Part shown: positions 48,031 to 59,619 of the stretch, one piece after another
Layout: every line of letters begins with the position of its first letter
Position numbering within the stretch: the first letter of the stretch is position 1
Assembly: GCA_030390025.1 (NCBI GenBank)
Contig: CM059438.1
Coordinates: forward strand, 68,884,001-68,948,000
Direction of reading: 5' to 3'
Source: Squalus acanthias
Taxonomy: Eukaryota
Length of the DNA stretch: 64,000 nucleotides
Notes under the pieces: generated by a model
Seen by the model: only the letters and a program-made list of their open reading frames with translations
Database searches by the model: none
Told to the model about the DNA's origin: nothing
Position numbers and translations under genes: made by a program

Positions 48031-49111
48031 TGTTTTTATAAAACATTAATGGAACTCTGAAACAAAAGAAACGTAGAATTTCACTCCACGTCCAATATTC
48101 AGATTAAAGTGAAACAGAAACAAAACATTTCACCCAGAACTGGAGGTAATCCTGATAGTGTTGTACTGCGTCCTTAATTTTTCCAGTGTGGGGGGAAAAA
48201 GTCATTTTCAGAGGGTAGCTATGCAGATTGAATTAGGTTGAATAGAACATAATTGCTGACATTTTAACATTTTAATGAGCTCAAATGAAAAGCCCATCTC
48301 CACCTAAAATGTCATCGTACAGAGTTGAAAAGATACAAAAGGTGATGGTCAGTTCCACTGAAGCATCATATGGCAATGAAATGCAATTGACCTGCGGAAC
48401 TCATGCTCCGGCAGTGTGGAGGCTGCCTGGCTGTCTTGTTGGCATTGATTAACAAGTAATACTGCAGACAAATTAGCTGATCCATAAAAGTTCAAACCCT
48501 TTTGACCTTGCCTATTTTACAATCAGTCCCGAAGGACTGATAATAATCTACTCTCTGTGATTATTCCGAAAGCTAATTGGTACATGGAAATCTCATTACT
48601 CATGAAACCTGTAATACTTCATAAATTATAACCCAGCTGGCAAACTACTTTTTGAACGTGTGGCTTTTAGACTCTTAAATAGAACAGAATTCTGACTGAA
48701 GACAACAAGGGCCAAATAAGATGTATTTTCAACAATGAGTTATTCAGTTGGCATTTAATCTCCTGGATGAGTAAATCAATTCTGAAGTTGAATGCTGAAC
48801 CAGTCTCTTAAAAATCCACTTGATCCCATGTATATATTTTTTAATAGATACCAAGTTTATAAAAGTGGTAAAATGACACAGAACAAGAGCTTGTGATTGT
48901 AATGGTTCTGTCAAGTGATACTGCAAACATTCAAGTTCTATGCCAGGAATCACACTGATATTACAGGTCCATCATGACAACAACCCAGCCAGCATCTCTG
49001 CACAATTGCTACATAACAGCAAGAAATCAAAATCAAAATTGCTTTAAAATCAAAAATCTATAGACTAGATGTATTTGAATGTGTATCACTCAATTAACTT
49101 AATTTCTCATC

Positions 49112-49398
49112 CGGATGAGATGTTAAGCCGAGCCTGCCCTTGCGGATGGACGTAAAAGATCCCACAGCACTTTTCAAAGAAGAGCAGAGGGGTTTCTCTC
49201 AGTGCTCTGGCCAATATCTATCCCTCTACCACCATGTAAAACAGATGATCGCGTCATTTATTTCATTATTGTTTGTGGGAGCTTGCTGTGCACAAATTGG
49301 CTGCCGTGTTTCCTATATTACATATGCTTCAAAAGTACTTAATTGGTTGTAAAGCACTTTGGGATATACTGAGGTCATGAAAGGCACTATATAAATGC
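49112..49398 (+). mobile_element. DeuSINE, 5'-truncated
   Basis: Deu core and tail as in 12570-13000. Confidence 0.75.
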
Positions 49399-49547
49399 CT
49401 TGGGTATGCTGACGCTGGTGGCTGTCTGAGTGAACTCAGAGCTGTGACTTCGTAGATTGCTATTTATTGAATCTCACTGACTTCAAGAAATTGGTGAGGT
49501 ACCCGTTTACAGTTTGTGCATTACTGCTAAACAAACAATGTCGTTAA

Positions 49548-49815
49548 TGTTCCAATGAAGCTCAACGTAAGCTCGAGGAACAGCACCTCACCTTTCGATT
49601 AGGCACTTTACAACCTTCTGGACTCAACATCGAGTTCAACAATTTCAGACCATAACCTCTGCCCCTATCTTTTTTTTTTCTCTCTCTCACATGGCAGCTG
49701 TCAATCATTCTGCCATTGCCATTTACACTTCATCTAGAGTCATCTTTTGTTTCTTGACTTGTCCCATTACCATCTCCTTTTGCCTTGCACCATCATCCCT
49801 TTTGTCTCTTAATCT
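49548..49815 (+). mobile_element. Penelope-like element fragment (GIY-YIG C-terminus)
   Basis: 49548-49655 translates CSNEAQRKLEEQHLTFRLGTLQPSGLNIEFNNFRP*, matching the E..L.TL.P.GLN motif. Confidence 0.8.
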
Positions 49816-50544
49816 TTTTGTCTGGAGTCAGAAGCATTTCTCTGATATCATTGCACAATTCTCTATTCAGCTGAAACACAAAAATAGCTAGAATCTTAGA
49901 GAAACTGCAAATGTGAATTGATTTATTCATAATTTGTTTTGATTGGATGCATCCCCAATAGCGATGTAACTTTTCCTCTGGCTGCTAATCTGCTCCTCCC
50001 TCAAAACATGTATATGCATATTTCTGCAATGATGACTGACTTAATATACTGATATTGCAAGCTGCTTTACAAGAGGTGGCAGCACTGATGGATCACATAG
50101 CTGAAAATGCAGCGTGAGGATAAAAGTGGTTTCTCTCCGTTACGAGTCATTCATACGCAATCAACTACTACTCAGCACCTCCCGGGTCAGTTGCTTTGTT
50201 TTTGGTAACTTAACATGAAAACCGTCTACTAGTTGAATAAGTTCATACTTTCTTCCGACTTTGAAACTTGTTGGTGCCACTTTTTGTGCACATTGCCCAA
50301 ATTCTACTCTAGATCTGATATTTTTTTTTAACTGATTTCAAAGTGTTATTTACGATGCATAAATGGAGGGGATCAGCAAAGATGTTAAAATGTTAAGCCT
50401 CCACACTCAAAGCTTCAAAAGCACGTTATTCCTTAATTACTTTTTTCTCATGGAGTTTTCATGGGTAAGCTGGAGGCAACTTGAGAAGCAGCAATGGAAG
50501 ATTTTCTTGCTCTTCTGAGCCATAACCTTCAGTCATATTACAAC

Positions 50545-51612
50545 CGTGTCATCTTTGGCTCAGTGGTAGCTCTCTCGCCTCTGAGTCAGAAGGTCGTGGA
50601 TTTAAGCCCCACTCCAGAGACTTGAGCGCAAAATCTAGGCTGACATTTCCGTGCAGTACTGAGGGAGTTCTGCTAGTCGGAGGTGCCATCTTTCAGATGA
50701 GACGTTAAACCAAGACTCTGTCTGCCCTTTAAGATGGACATAAAAGATCCCATGGCTCTATTCGAAGAAGAGCAGGGGAGTTCTCCCCGGTGTCCTGGCC
50801 AACCTTTATCCCTCAGCTCACAGCACTACAGCCACATAAATACTGTGGCAACAAGAGCAGGTCAGAGGCTAGGTATTCTGCGGCGAGTGTCTCACCTCCT
50901 GACTCTCCAAAGCCTTTCTACCATCTACAAGGCACAAGTAAGGACTGTGATGGAATACTCTCCACTTGCCTGGATGAGTGCAGCTCCAACAACACTCAAG
51001 AAGCTCGACACCATCCAGGGCAAAGCAGCCCGTTTGATTGGCACCCCATGCACCACCTTAAACATTCACTCCCTCCACCACCGGCGCACTGTGTCTGCAG
51101 TGTTTACCATCTACAAGATGCACTGCAGCAATTCGCCAAGGTTTCTTCGGCAGCCCCTCCCAAACCCACGACCTCTTCCACCTAGAAGGACAAGGGCAGC
51201 AGGCGCATGGGAACACCACTACCTCCAAGTTCCTCTCCAAGTCACACAGCATCCTGACTTAGAAGTATATCGCCGATCCTTCATCGTCGCTGGGTCAAAA
51301 TCCTCCCTAACAGCACTGTGGGAGTATCTTCACCACACAGACTGCAGCGGTTCAAGAAGAGCGGCTCACCATCACCTTCTCAAGGGCAACTAGGGATGGG
51401 CAATAAATGCTGGCCTTGCCAGCGACGCCCACATCCCATCAACGAATAAAAAAAAATTGGGTAATTTATCTCAGTGCTGTTCATGAGAGCAAGTGCTGCC
51501 GAACGTCCCTACATTACAACAGTTACTTCACTTCAAAAGTACTTTATTGGCTGTGAAGTACTTCAGAATGTCCTGAGGTTGTGAAAGGTGCTATATAAAT
51601 GCAAGTTCTTTT
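50545..51612 (+). mobile_element. DeuSINE interrupted by a LINE
   Basis: Head and core at 50545-50827; tail resumes at ~51457-51612. Confidence 0.8.
50828..51456 (+). mobile_element. CR1-group (Zenon-like) LINE 3' fragment
   Basis: Collinear with ~4128-4765; poly(A) tail. Confidence 0.9.
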
Positions 51613-51944
51613 CTTTTGCTTTTTCTATCATTCTTTTTCTATCTTTCACAACAGTTATCAAGTAATCATTTTTCTTGCCGTGGCGGGGAATAAAGCTGGT
51701 TTTAAATTAAGCAGTGAATTCATGAGCTAAGTGGCTGATTCAGGAATCTCAATGCTGCAGTTAGGGATTTCAAAACTGTTTTTAGACTGTCTTTTCCCCC
51801 TCATCCTTGAGCTATTGGGTGAGAAGCTGTGCAGTGGAATTTCTAGTACTATAACCACAACACTACCATGCCCTTTTCGGTGACATTTATATTAAACCTA
51901 AGGAGAAAGTTATTGAAAGTTGTGTAAAAGAGAGATTGAGTGAG

Positions 51945-52300
51945 AAGAGTTGTGTTTTACACCTCCGAGATCTCAATTCAAATCCATCCAGTCTCATCGG
52001 ATTGAAATCCCAGCTTCCAACTGGCTGTATGAAGCTGACATCAGATGAGCTTGAATATTTTCAGTTCAGCTCCTCATGGAGCGCTGATTTGGCAATTTTG
52101 ATCTGAAAGTCCTCTTGTGTGGTAAATAGAAAAATGCTCTTTACAGTTTGGGGTGAGGGAGGTTTCCCCTGAGTTTTGCTCATGTGAATGTCTCATTTGA
52201 GAGTGCTTGCTGCCAACATTGGATATCCAAAGTGGAGAAGAGTTCCGTTACACAGCGCTGCCGTTCCTCAACACAACCAACATAAAAATTCACCAAAATC
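51945..52300 (+). mobile_element. Old SINE resembling LF-SINE
   Basis: Ordered blocks CACCTC..TTCAAATCCA..GGCTGT..ATGAG..TCAGTTCAGCTCCT..TGGA, compared from memory with the LF-SINE 5' half. Confidence 0.45.
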
Positions 52301-54454
52301 GATTTAAAGAGATTTAAAGGAAATGGGAAAGGGACAAAGAAAACTAACCGTGAGAAAATTCCTAACGGTGGAATAGCACGGAAATTATATATTGATATAA
52401 TTTAATTCATCATATTGGAATTCTGTCTTTTGCAATCGATCAGGATAAATAAAGTTTGGATATAACCAGATTTGTATATGTTCGAGCAATGTCCTCAGAT
52501 TCAACTTAATTCAAATTGAATTGACCCGAAGCTGAAATCAGAACACTCATCCTTGATCAGAACTGGCAGTTATTGGATATGTCAGGAGTAAAATTACATC
52601 TGAACAACAATTTGCATTTGAGGTTGTTGCTGTGTTTGTCAATCTAGGTTGTATATGAGTGAGTCAACTGTATTTTGATTTATTGGCATCATGTTTGGCT
52701 GTATGTAAATAGGGTACTTAAAAGCGGAATCAATGAAGCCCGAACTAGTAACTTTGTTTTTTTTTAGTATTTTGGCAAGTGTATATATCCCATGTTATCG
52801 GTACCCAATAACTCAAGTATTCCATTTAAATTGACAAGTGATGTTTAAGCATCTGGTATACATTTGATAGAATTGTTTCAGAGGGGCAAAGGAGGCGAGA
52901 GAAATTTGTTTGAAAACTGCAAAGGATTGGAGAGATACTGGCCAAAATAATCTTCCATGATTTAACTCAATTGGCAAAAGTAAAAAGTGAGATATGTACT
53001 TTCAATCTTTACAACGACAAAGTGAATCTTCAGGAGATATCTAATCACCATAGCATTTCCTCCTGAGCTGAAAGTGCTGCCTTATTTAAATTCTTCTATC
53101 CACTTCAACCGTGTCTATTTTCAAAGGTCAAATTATCTTCGAAATATTTCAAAATGTTCAGACGCTCATCAGTCTTGAGTCAAATCATCTCAAACATGAA
53201 TCCCTTTTGGTACATGGGCATATTGTTTCTCATTTTGGAAAGTAGAATTATTCAGCTTATTCCTCTAACCTTATATAACGCTTCATGCACTGAATAACTT
53301 AAAGCTTCTGAAGGGCTACCACCTTTGTGTATTCAGTTGCAGTAAATGATCTAACAGGTAGCTTTAAATAACTGCATGGAGATGCGAATTGCACAAGGTG
53401 GCATCAGTAAAAGGTCAGAGAAAGCATAAACTTGGGTTGGAACTTTTTATGGAGAATATTTAAAACCCACGTCACTCGCAAAGCTATGGGTTTCAGGGAC
53501 TTGGGTCATTTAAGAGGTATTTACAAAACTAGCAGCAGTCTTGTGACACTGCTTACAGTAAATTGGAGGGTGCACTATTGAAGAACAAAACTGTTCTACC
53601 ATTTAACACACAAGTTGGGGTAGAGTTTCCGCTTTGGGTGAAATAGGCAAACTGTGTGCAAATTGCATTTGAAATTGCACTGTTTATCCGAAGTGACGTT
53701 ATGGTTCAAGTTTCTGCCCAAACTTATTTGAATAATCGCAAACGTAAAATCTTCCACGAACCAGTGCAATCGGTCAGCGTAATAGAATGTCATTGTTTAT
53801 TTCTTTTCCTTTGCATTAAAAACTATTCCTTGATGTATTTAAGAGCGATAACCAGGTGCTGTTTTATCGATACAGCTGAAAATGGGTTTATCACCAAAAA
53901 ATAAGCATTTTTAAGAAGAGTGTCTGGTCTGGTCCTCTACCTGAGAGTAACCTGGTTTCAAATCTCTGAAAATGACTCAAAAAACTATACTCGACCCCCC
54001 CCCCCCCCCCCCCCCCCCCCCCCACCCCACCCCCGCCGCTTGGTGTCGGGTCTGTTCTGAAATCGCAGACCTGACACTTTAGAAACTTACATGGAGGCGG
54101 GTTCAGAGCAGGCTCCCAACCCGCTGTCAATCATTTCAATTTTGACAGCGGACCCACCTCTGAACCCACCCTCTGTGTGCCGGCAAAATCACGGCAGATG
54201 TCTTCTCTAAACACATTACTACTAATAGGGCTGGATATGCATGGGGAAGGCGGGTTGGGGGTGGGGGGTGCTCTGAGGTAGTCGGGAAACCCAGGAGGCC
54301 AGGTTTCCTGCAGGCCCTGCCGACTGCAGAGCCTGTTTTGGAAGCCTCGGTTTTCCACACGCAGCCAGCCAGATTGAGAGGCTGGCTCCGGGCGGGTTGA
54401 CCTCCAGCATTAGGCCGCACAGAGGAGGGAAGGAGGGAGGGATCACGTGGGGGT

Positions 54455-55415
54455 CAGCCCAGGAGTAGATCGAAGGTCGGCCCAGGAATAGATCGAAGGT
54501 CGGCCCAGGAATAGATCAAAGGTCGGCCCAGGAGTAGATCGAAGGTCGGCCCAGGAATAGATCGAAGGTCGGCCCAGGAGTAGATCGAAGGTCAGCCCAG
54601 GAATAGATCGAAGGTCGGCCCAGAAGTAGATCGAAGGTCGGCCCAGGAGTAGATCGAAGGTCAGCCCAGGAGTAGATCGAAGGTCGGCCCAGGAGTAGAT
54701 CGAAGGTCGGCCCAGGAGTAGATCGAAGGTCGGCCCAGGAATAGATCGACTGTCGGCCCAGGAATAGATCAAAGGTCGGCCCAGGAGTAGATCGAAGGTC
54801 GGCCCAGGAATAGATCGAAGGTCGGCCCAGGAATAGATCGAAGGTCGGCCCAGGAATAGATCAAAGGTCGGCCCAGGAATAGATCAGAGGTCGGCCCAGG
54901 AATAGATCAGAGGTCGGCCCAGGAATTGATCAAAGGTCGGCCCAGGAATAGATCGAAGTTCGGCCCAGGAGTAGATCGAAGGTGGGCCCAGGAATGGATC
55001 GAAGGTCGGCCCAGGAATAGATCGAAGGTCGGCCCAGGAATAGATCAGAGGTCGGCCCAGGAATGGATCGAAAGTTGGCCCAGGAATAGATCGAGGGTCG
55101 GCCCAGGAATAGATCGAAGGTCAGCCCAGGAATAGATCAGAGGTCGGCCCAGGAATGGATCAAAAGTCGGCCCAGGAATAGATCGAAGGTCGGCCCAGGA
55201 ATAGATCGAAGGTCGGCCCAGGAATAGATCAGAGGTCGGCCCAGGAGTAGATCGAAGGTCGGCCCAGGAATAGATCGAAGGTCGGCCCAGTAATAGATCG
55301 AAGGTCGGTCCAGGAATAGATCAGAGGTCGGCCCAGGAATAGATCGAAGGTCGGCCCAGGAATAGATCAGAGGTCGGCCCAGGAATAGATCGAAGGTCGG
55401 CCCAGGAATAGATCG
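54455..55415. repeat. 23-bp minisatellite CCCAGGARTAGATCGAAGGTCGG, ~42 units (2-3 more at 57708-57782)
   Basis: Seen directly; there are no spacers. Confidence 0.97.
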
Positions 55416-55425
55416 GGGATGAGTG

Positions 55426-57707
55426 TGAAGGAAATAGCCATATTCCAAGAAATACATCATCCTATAAACAGATTTGATAATATTAAAACATGACAAACTG
55501 GGGTTAAAAATCTAAAAGCCTCAACGACACAAGACGCAAAACAGAAATACAGGCTTCTGAGATAAAGATCAGTTGTTAACAAAGTTGTAAACATCACAAG
55601 CTTTGAAATGGGAAATTTTGTAAATACAAAGACATGGCCCTATTGAAACAGCAGGCTGGAGGTTCCTCTATGTCTGAACATTGGAACCAACACAGTGGAA
55701 TGACCCAAGTAAAGTGTCAAAATCTAACACATCAAACAGGTGCACAGAACATTAGAAAAACCAAGTGCCTTTGAAAAAATGACATCAAGTAAAAGAAATA
55801 CCTGCCGTAAAATAGTTTTATGTTAAACTTAGAACAAGGAGACATGGTTCTTAATATAACCAACTGAAGTAAATAAGAAATGCAAAGAACACCCTAGATG
55901 AAGTGTTTTTGAATTACAAATTGTCAAAAGTACCTACAGAGAGACTTTGTAGATATTACATCGGTAGATGACACCAAGCAATGACATTGTTTATGTGTTA
56001 AACTTGGAACATAAGGAGACAGGAGTCTGTGTTACAAACAGCAGAGGTGATTTAGAAATTCAATAGAAAAACTTCCTAAGAATGGCATCAAATAGATAAA
56101 TCGATAATAACCATAAAAATGATAAGTTTTTGAAACACCTAAAGGTAGAGACACAAGTCTGGTTGCAACAGTTGAAATGACAGTAAGAATAGAAAACAAT
56201 TTAATAGAGTATCTCTAGAGACAATGGGCTGGATTTTGTCTTGGGGTCGGGTTGGGGTCCTGTAATCCGCATTTCGTGTTTCCCCCCTGACTCCAGATTA
56301 ATGTGGATGGCTGATGCAATTTTCACTTAATTGGGCAATTGAGTTGGAGCATGTGGGAACCCATGAACTAATTAGTGTTTTCAGTCTGAAAGTCGCCTCT
56401 GATGATGTCATCATTGCTGACTGCCTAGTCTCAGAGACTGTTGGTGAGAGAGGACCTGCCTGGCTTTTGATGTGAGTGGACCTGGATGCAAAAATGGGGG
56501 TGTGGTGTGTGTGTGTATAGAGGAGAGAGAGAGAGAGAGATAGATAGATATTTGCCAAGGAGAGAGAGAGAGAGAGAGAGAGATATTTGCCAAGCAAGTC
56601 CTCCCCGGCAGTCTCTGAAGACATTCAATGCAGCAGCATCAGAGGCAACGTTCAGACCTAATACTACTACCTTCATCACATCTCCGTTGTAATAGTGGAC
56701 CTGCAGCCGATAGTCAGCTATCCACTTGTGCTCCCACCAGGTTTCACTGGAGTGTTTCACACCAGGCGTCCTTCACGTCAGAAGAGGGTTAAACTAGCTA
56801 CAGCGTTTCAAAATGGCATTACAGAGCCAATTTAGAGCTTGTTAAGGGCTTTACTGGCCTCTCCCGCCTCTTGAAGGCGGGACGGAGTCGGAAACCCCGT
56901 GACTGATTCTGTTGAAATTGCGTGGAGGCGGGATGGAGTCGGGATGGGGTCGTAAACCCCGACCGCGCAAATTTAACCCCCCACATGCCTCCAAACCCGA
57001 CTCCATGGGTCATTCAAAATCCAGCCCAATTAGTTTACATCAGCCGAATACTTCAAAGAAAATACCACTAAAAAGAGTATAAAAATAAGAGCTTTTCAGA
57101 TGAAAAGTCAGAAGTCGCTGGAAGGGCAAGCATTTCTCAACTTCACAGGCACGCTCTGTAAGTTTACAACTCTGAGTCTCGGGTAATCAAGGTATTTGAT
57201 TTTGGTGGATATTCTGGATTAAGAAATAAGTAGAAGTGTGGAAATATAACAAAGTTAAGATTTGAGAATAAGGATCTCTGATAAGAAATGTAAGCTATTT
57301 GTATTTTGAACGGTTAAAGTTGCGATTGCCATAACAGCTGTTAACTAAATGTCGGTTCTTTAATAAATCTATATATTTTTAGAATTATCTCACAGAGTAT
57401 TTCTGTATAAACTCGCGAACTCAATTTCTGTATACTCAAAGGAGTTGCAGAATTCTGGGAGGTATTCTGGACCCTCATAATATCCGGAAGTTTACAGTCT
57501 AGTTAAACTTATTAAAAGTGCTATCCGGAAGACGGTAACATCTTCATGTCATTCCTTTCCTTTAGGGAGAGGTAGTCTGACCTTTAGACCCAATTAAGCG
57601 TCTTATAGAATTCGGCTATCTTTAACTTTAGTTGAAGGTGAACTTCTGGGGAATACGCCTGATCTGGGGTAGCCCGAAAAGGGCTAGGACTTGTAATTAT
57701 CCCTTCA
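55426..57707 (+). mobile_element. Probable solo LTR (~1.48 kb without the nested MITE)
   Basis: Ends TGAAGG...CCTTCA, a U3-like direct repeat (55821 and 55996), TATAAAA at 57078 and AATAAA at 57362. It interrupts the satellite. No clean TSD. Confidence 0.55.
56226..57027. mobile_element. TIR MITE (Harbinger-type)
   Basis: Perfect 13-bp TIR GGGCTGGATTTTG and AAT TSD (56223-25 / 57028-30). Confidence 0.9.
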
Positions 57708-58697
57708 GGAGGTCGGCCCAGGAATAGATCAGAGGTCGGCCCAGGAATAGATCGAGGAGAGAAGTCCGCCTAGGAATAGATCAGTGGGGTGGTTCCGGAG
57801 TGGATCGGGGGCCGGAGGAGGGGGGAGGGATCGGAGGCCTGGAAGCGGGGAAGCCTTGTGGTGGGATCGGAGGCCTGGGGAGGGTGGCATCTGGGGGTCA
57901 CCTGGGGGGGTGGGGTGATCGGAGGCCTCATGGGAGGGTCTTTAATCGTGGGAGTGCTTTAGGCAATGACCCTGGGTCCAGGAGGCAGGTGTAAAGGCAC
58001 TTACCTCCTGGAAGTAACAGTCTTCCCCTTACTGTAACTGCCAGGTTTTAGGAGGTGTGTAAAACCCAACCAGCTACTGGTAAAAACAAAATGTAGGTTA
58101 AAGAAGAGGCTTCCAGCCTCATTGTAATATTTAAATAGATGTCCCACCTCCTGGCAGTAGGTTGGCTGCCCGCCCCCGTTCCGCCTCCCGTCACACCGCC
58201 ATTAAAACTGGAAGTGATTGGGTTGGAGGCGGGCTCAGGTCAGGATTCCGATTTTGAATAATTTAACTACCCCCACGCTCCTAACCCACCTGTTTTTTAG
58301 GTTAAAATTCCCCCCATAGGGTTTATAACATCTCAAAGCAAAATGAGTTGGAAGTACTTCCAGGAGTTTCATTCTTTGCTGATAGATGTCCATTTTGGCA
58401 GCAGTTCAAGTAAGTGATCAAGATGGCTGAAAAGTGACAAAATCAGAACTTGGGAGCTCAGAAGGAGACGGTGGTGAACTTTATGTGAAAAAAGCTAACA
58501 TTTCACATGTCAACAGTTTTGATACAGGCATAACATTCTGATGTTTTTGCAAAATGACTTTGATTTGGGAATGTTTATCAATGTGAAAATCTCAATCTCA
58601 AATTTCCAAACTTATTTTGGACTTCATAGGAATGCGATTATGGTATAATCTTTACTGATGATCTAATTGCATATTAATCAGAATTTATCTTCATATT

Positions 58698-59457
58698 GGC
58701 CCAAAAATTCGGCCGTTCTCGGGTGAGTACTCAGTGCGTACTCACCTGTATTAATTCCCGAAGTGCCGGTTTCCTGCATGCACTGCGCATGCGCGGGAAA
58801 CCGGCACTTCCGGTATGGTGAAGGGGCCAGTTCCTAGGTGAACCGCGTGCGCGCTAGAGGCTGCGCGCACGCAGCACACTTAGATTTTTTTTCAGGTTTC
58901 AACGGGAGGGTAAGTATTGAAGATTCTACACTAGTAAAAAGGAGGCGTAAGACCCCTTTTGAACAAGGTAAGTAGTTAACTAAGTATAATTTTAAATTTT
59001 TTCAACAGGTTTATCTTTTTTAGAGACTTTAAAGAAAGTAAGTTTAGTTTTATAACTTTTAAAAAGTATTTTAATTTTTTCAAAAATTTAAATTTTTGTT
59101 TAAAGTGGTTAATTTATTTAACTATAGTTATTTATTAATGTGATGGGTTTTTTTTAATTTATTTGAGGTTTAGCTGTTCTTTTGGGGCCGATTTCAATTC
59201 ACAGATTTGACAGGTCTCCTGTCAAATCTATGAATGAAAGATGGTCTGCTGCCATTGGCTCTCCATGGCCCACGTGATCCCAGGGGTCGCATCGCACTAA
59301 CTGCGCCCCTGGAACACGCACGCACTGTGTGCCAGCTCTTGGGAGAGGCCCGGGACCCGAAGTTCCTGTGGGCCCAAAACACAACGGCAGGCGCGGTGGG
59401 TAAGAGCGCGCGCGATCCTTACCCCCGCGGCAAGCCGGCCACCCGAATTTCTAGGCC
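58698..59457 (+). mobile_element. TIR MITE 'family A'
   Basis: TIR 13/15 (GGCCCAAAAATTCGG); collinear with 14636-15394. Confidence 0.9.
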
Positions 59458-59619
59458 TATATACTTAATCTGCGTTCATTTTCTTTGTATTTTTTATCTT
59501 TAAAAGTTGTAATGTAACCAGGAAAAATGAAGGGTCCAGCTAATTGATCATCACAATGAGCCATCACGAGCTGGAATAGTTCCACTTGCCAAATTCAGAA
59601 AGAAAGAAAAAAAGGGACA

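Larger units (their letters stand above)
53990..58315. mobile_element. GC-rich MITE (right TIR AAAATTCCCCCC; left end not found) expanded by a satellite and nested insertions
   Basis: GC-rich segments lie on both sides of the satellite. A motif at ~58105-58136 is shared with 13579-14282. Confidence 0.55.

Noticed and set aside
50734..51393. 219-aa ORF as a novel gene
   Set aside because: It is a chance in-frame fusion of a DeuSINE core with an inserted LINE fragment.
54455..55415. Regular 23-bp repeats as a CRISPR array, and the repetitive ORFs over them
   Set aside because: The units are contiguous with no spacers, there are no cas genes and the context is eukaryotic. The ORFs are by-products of the repeat.
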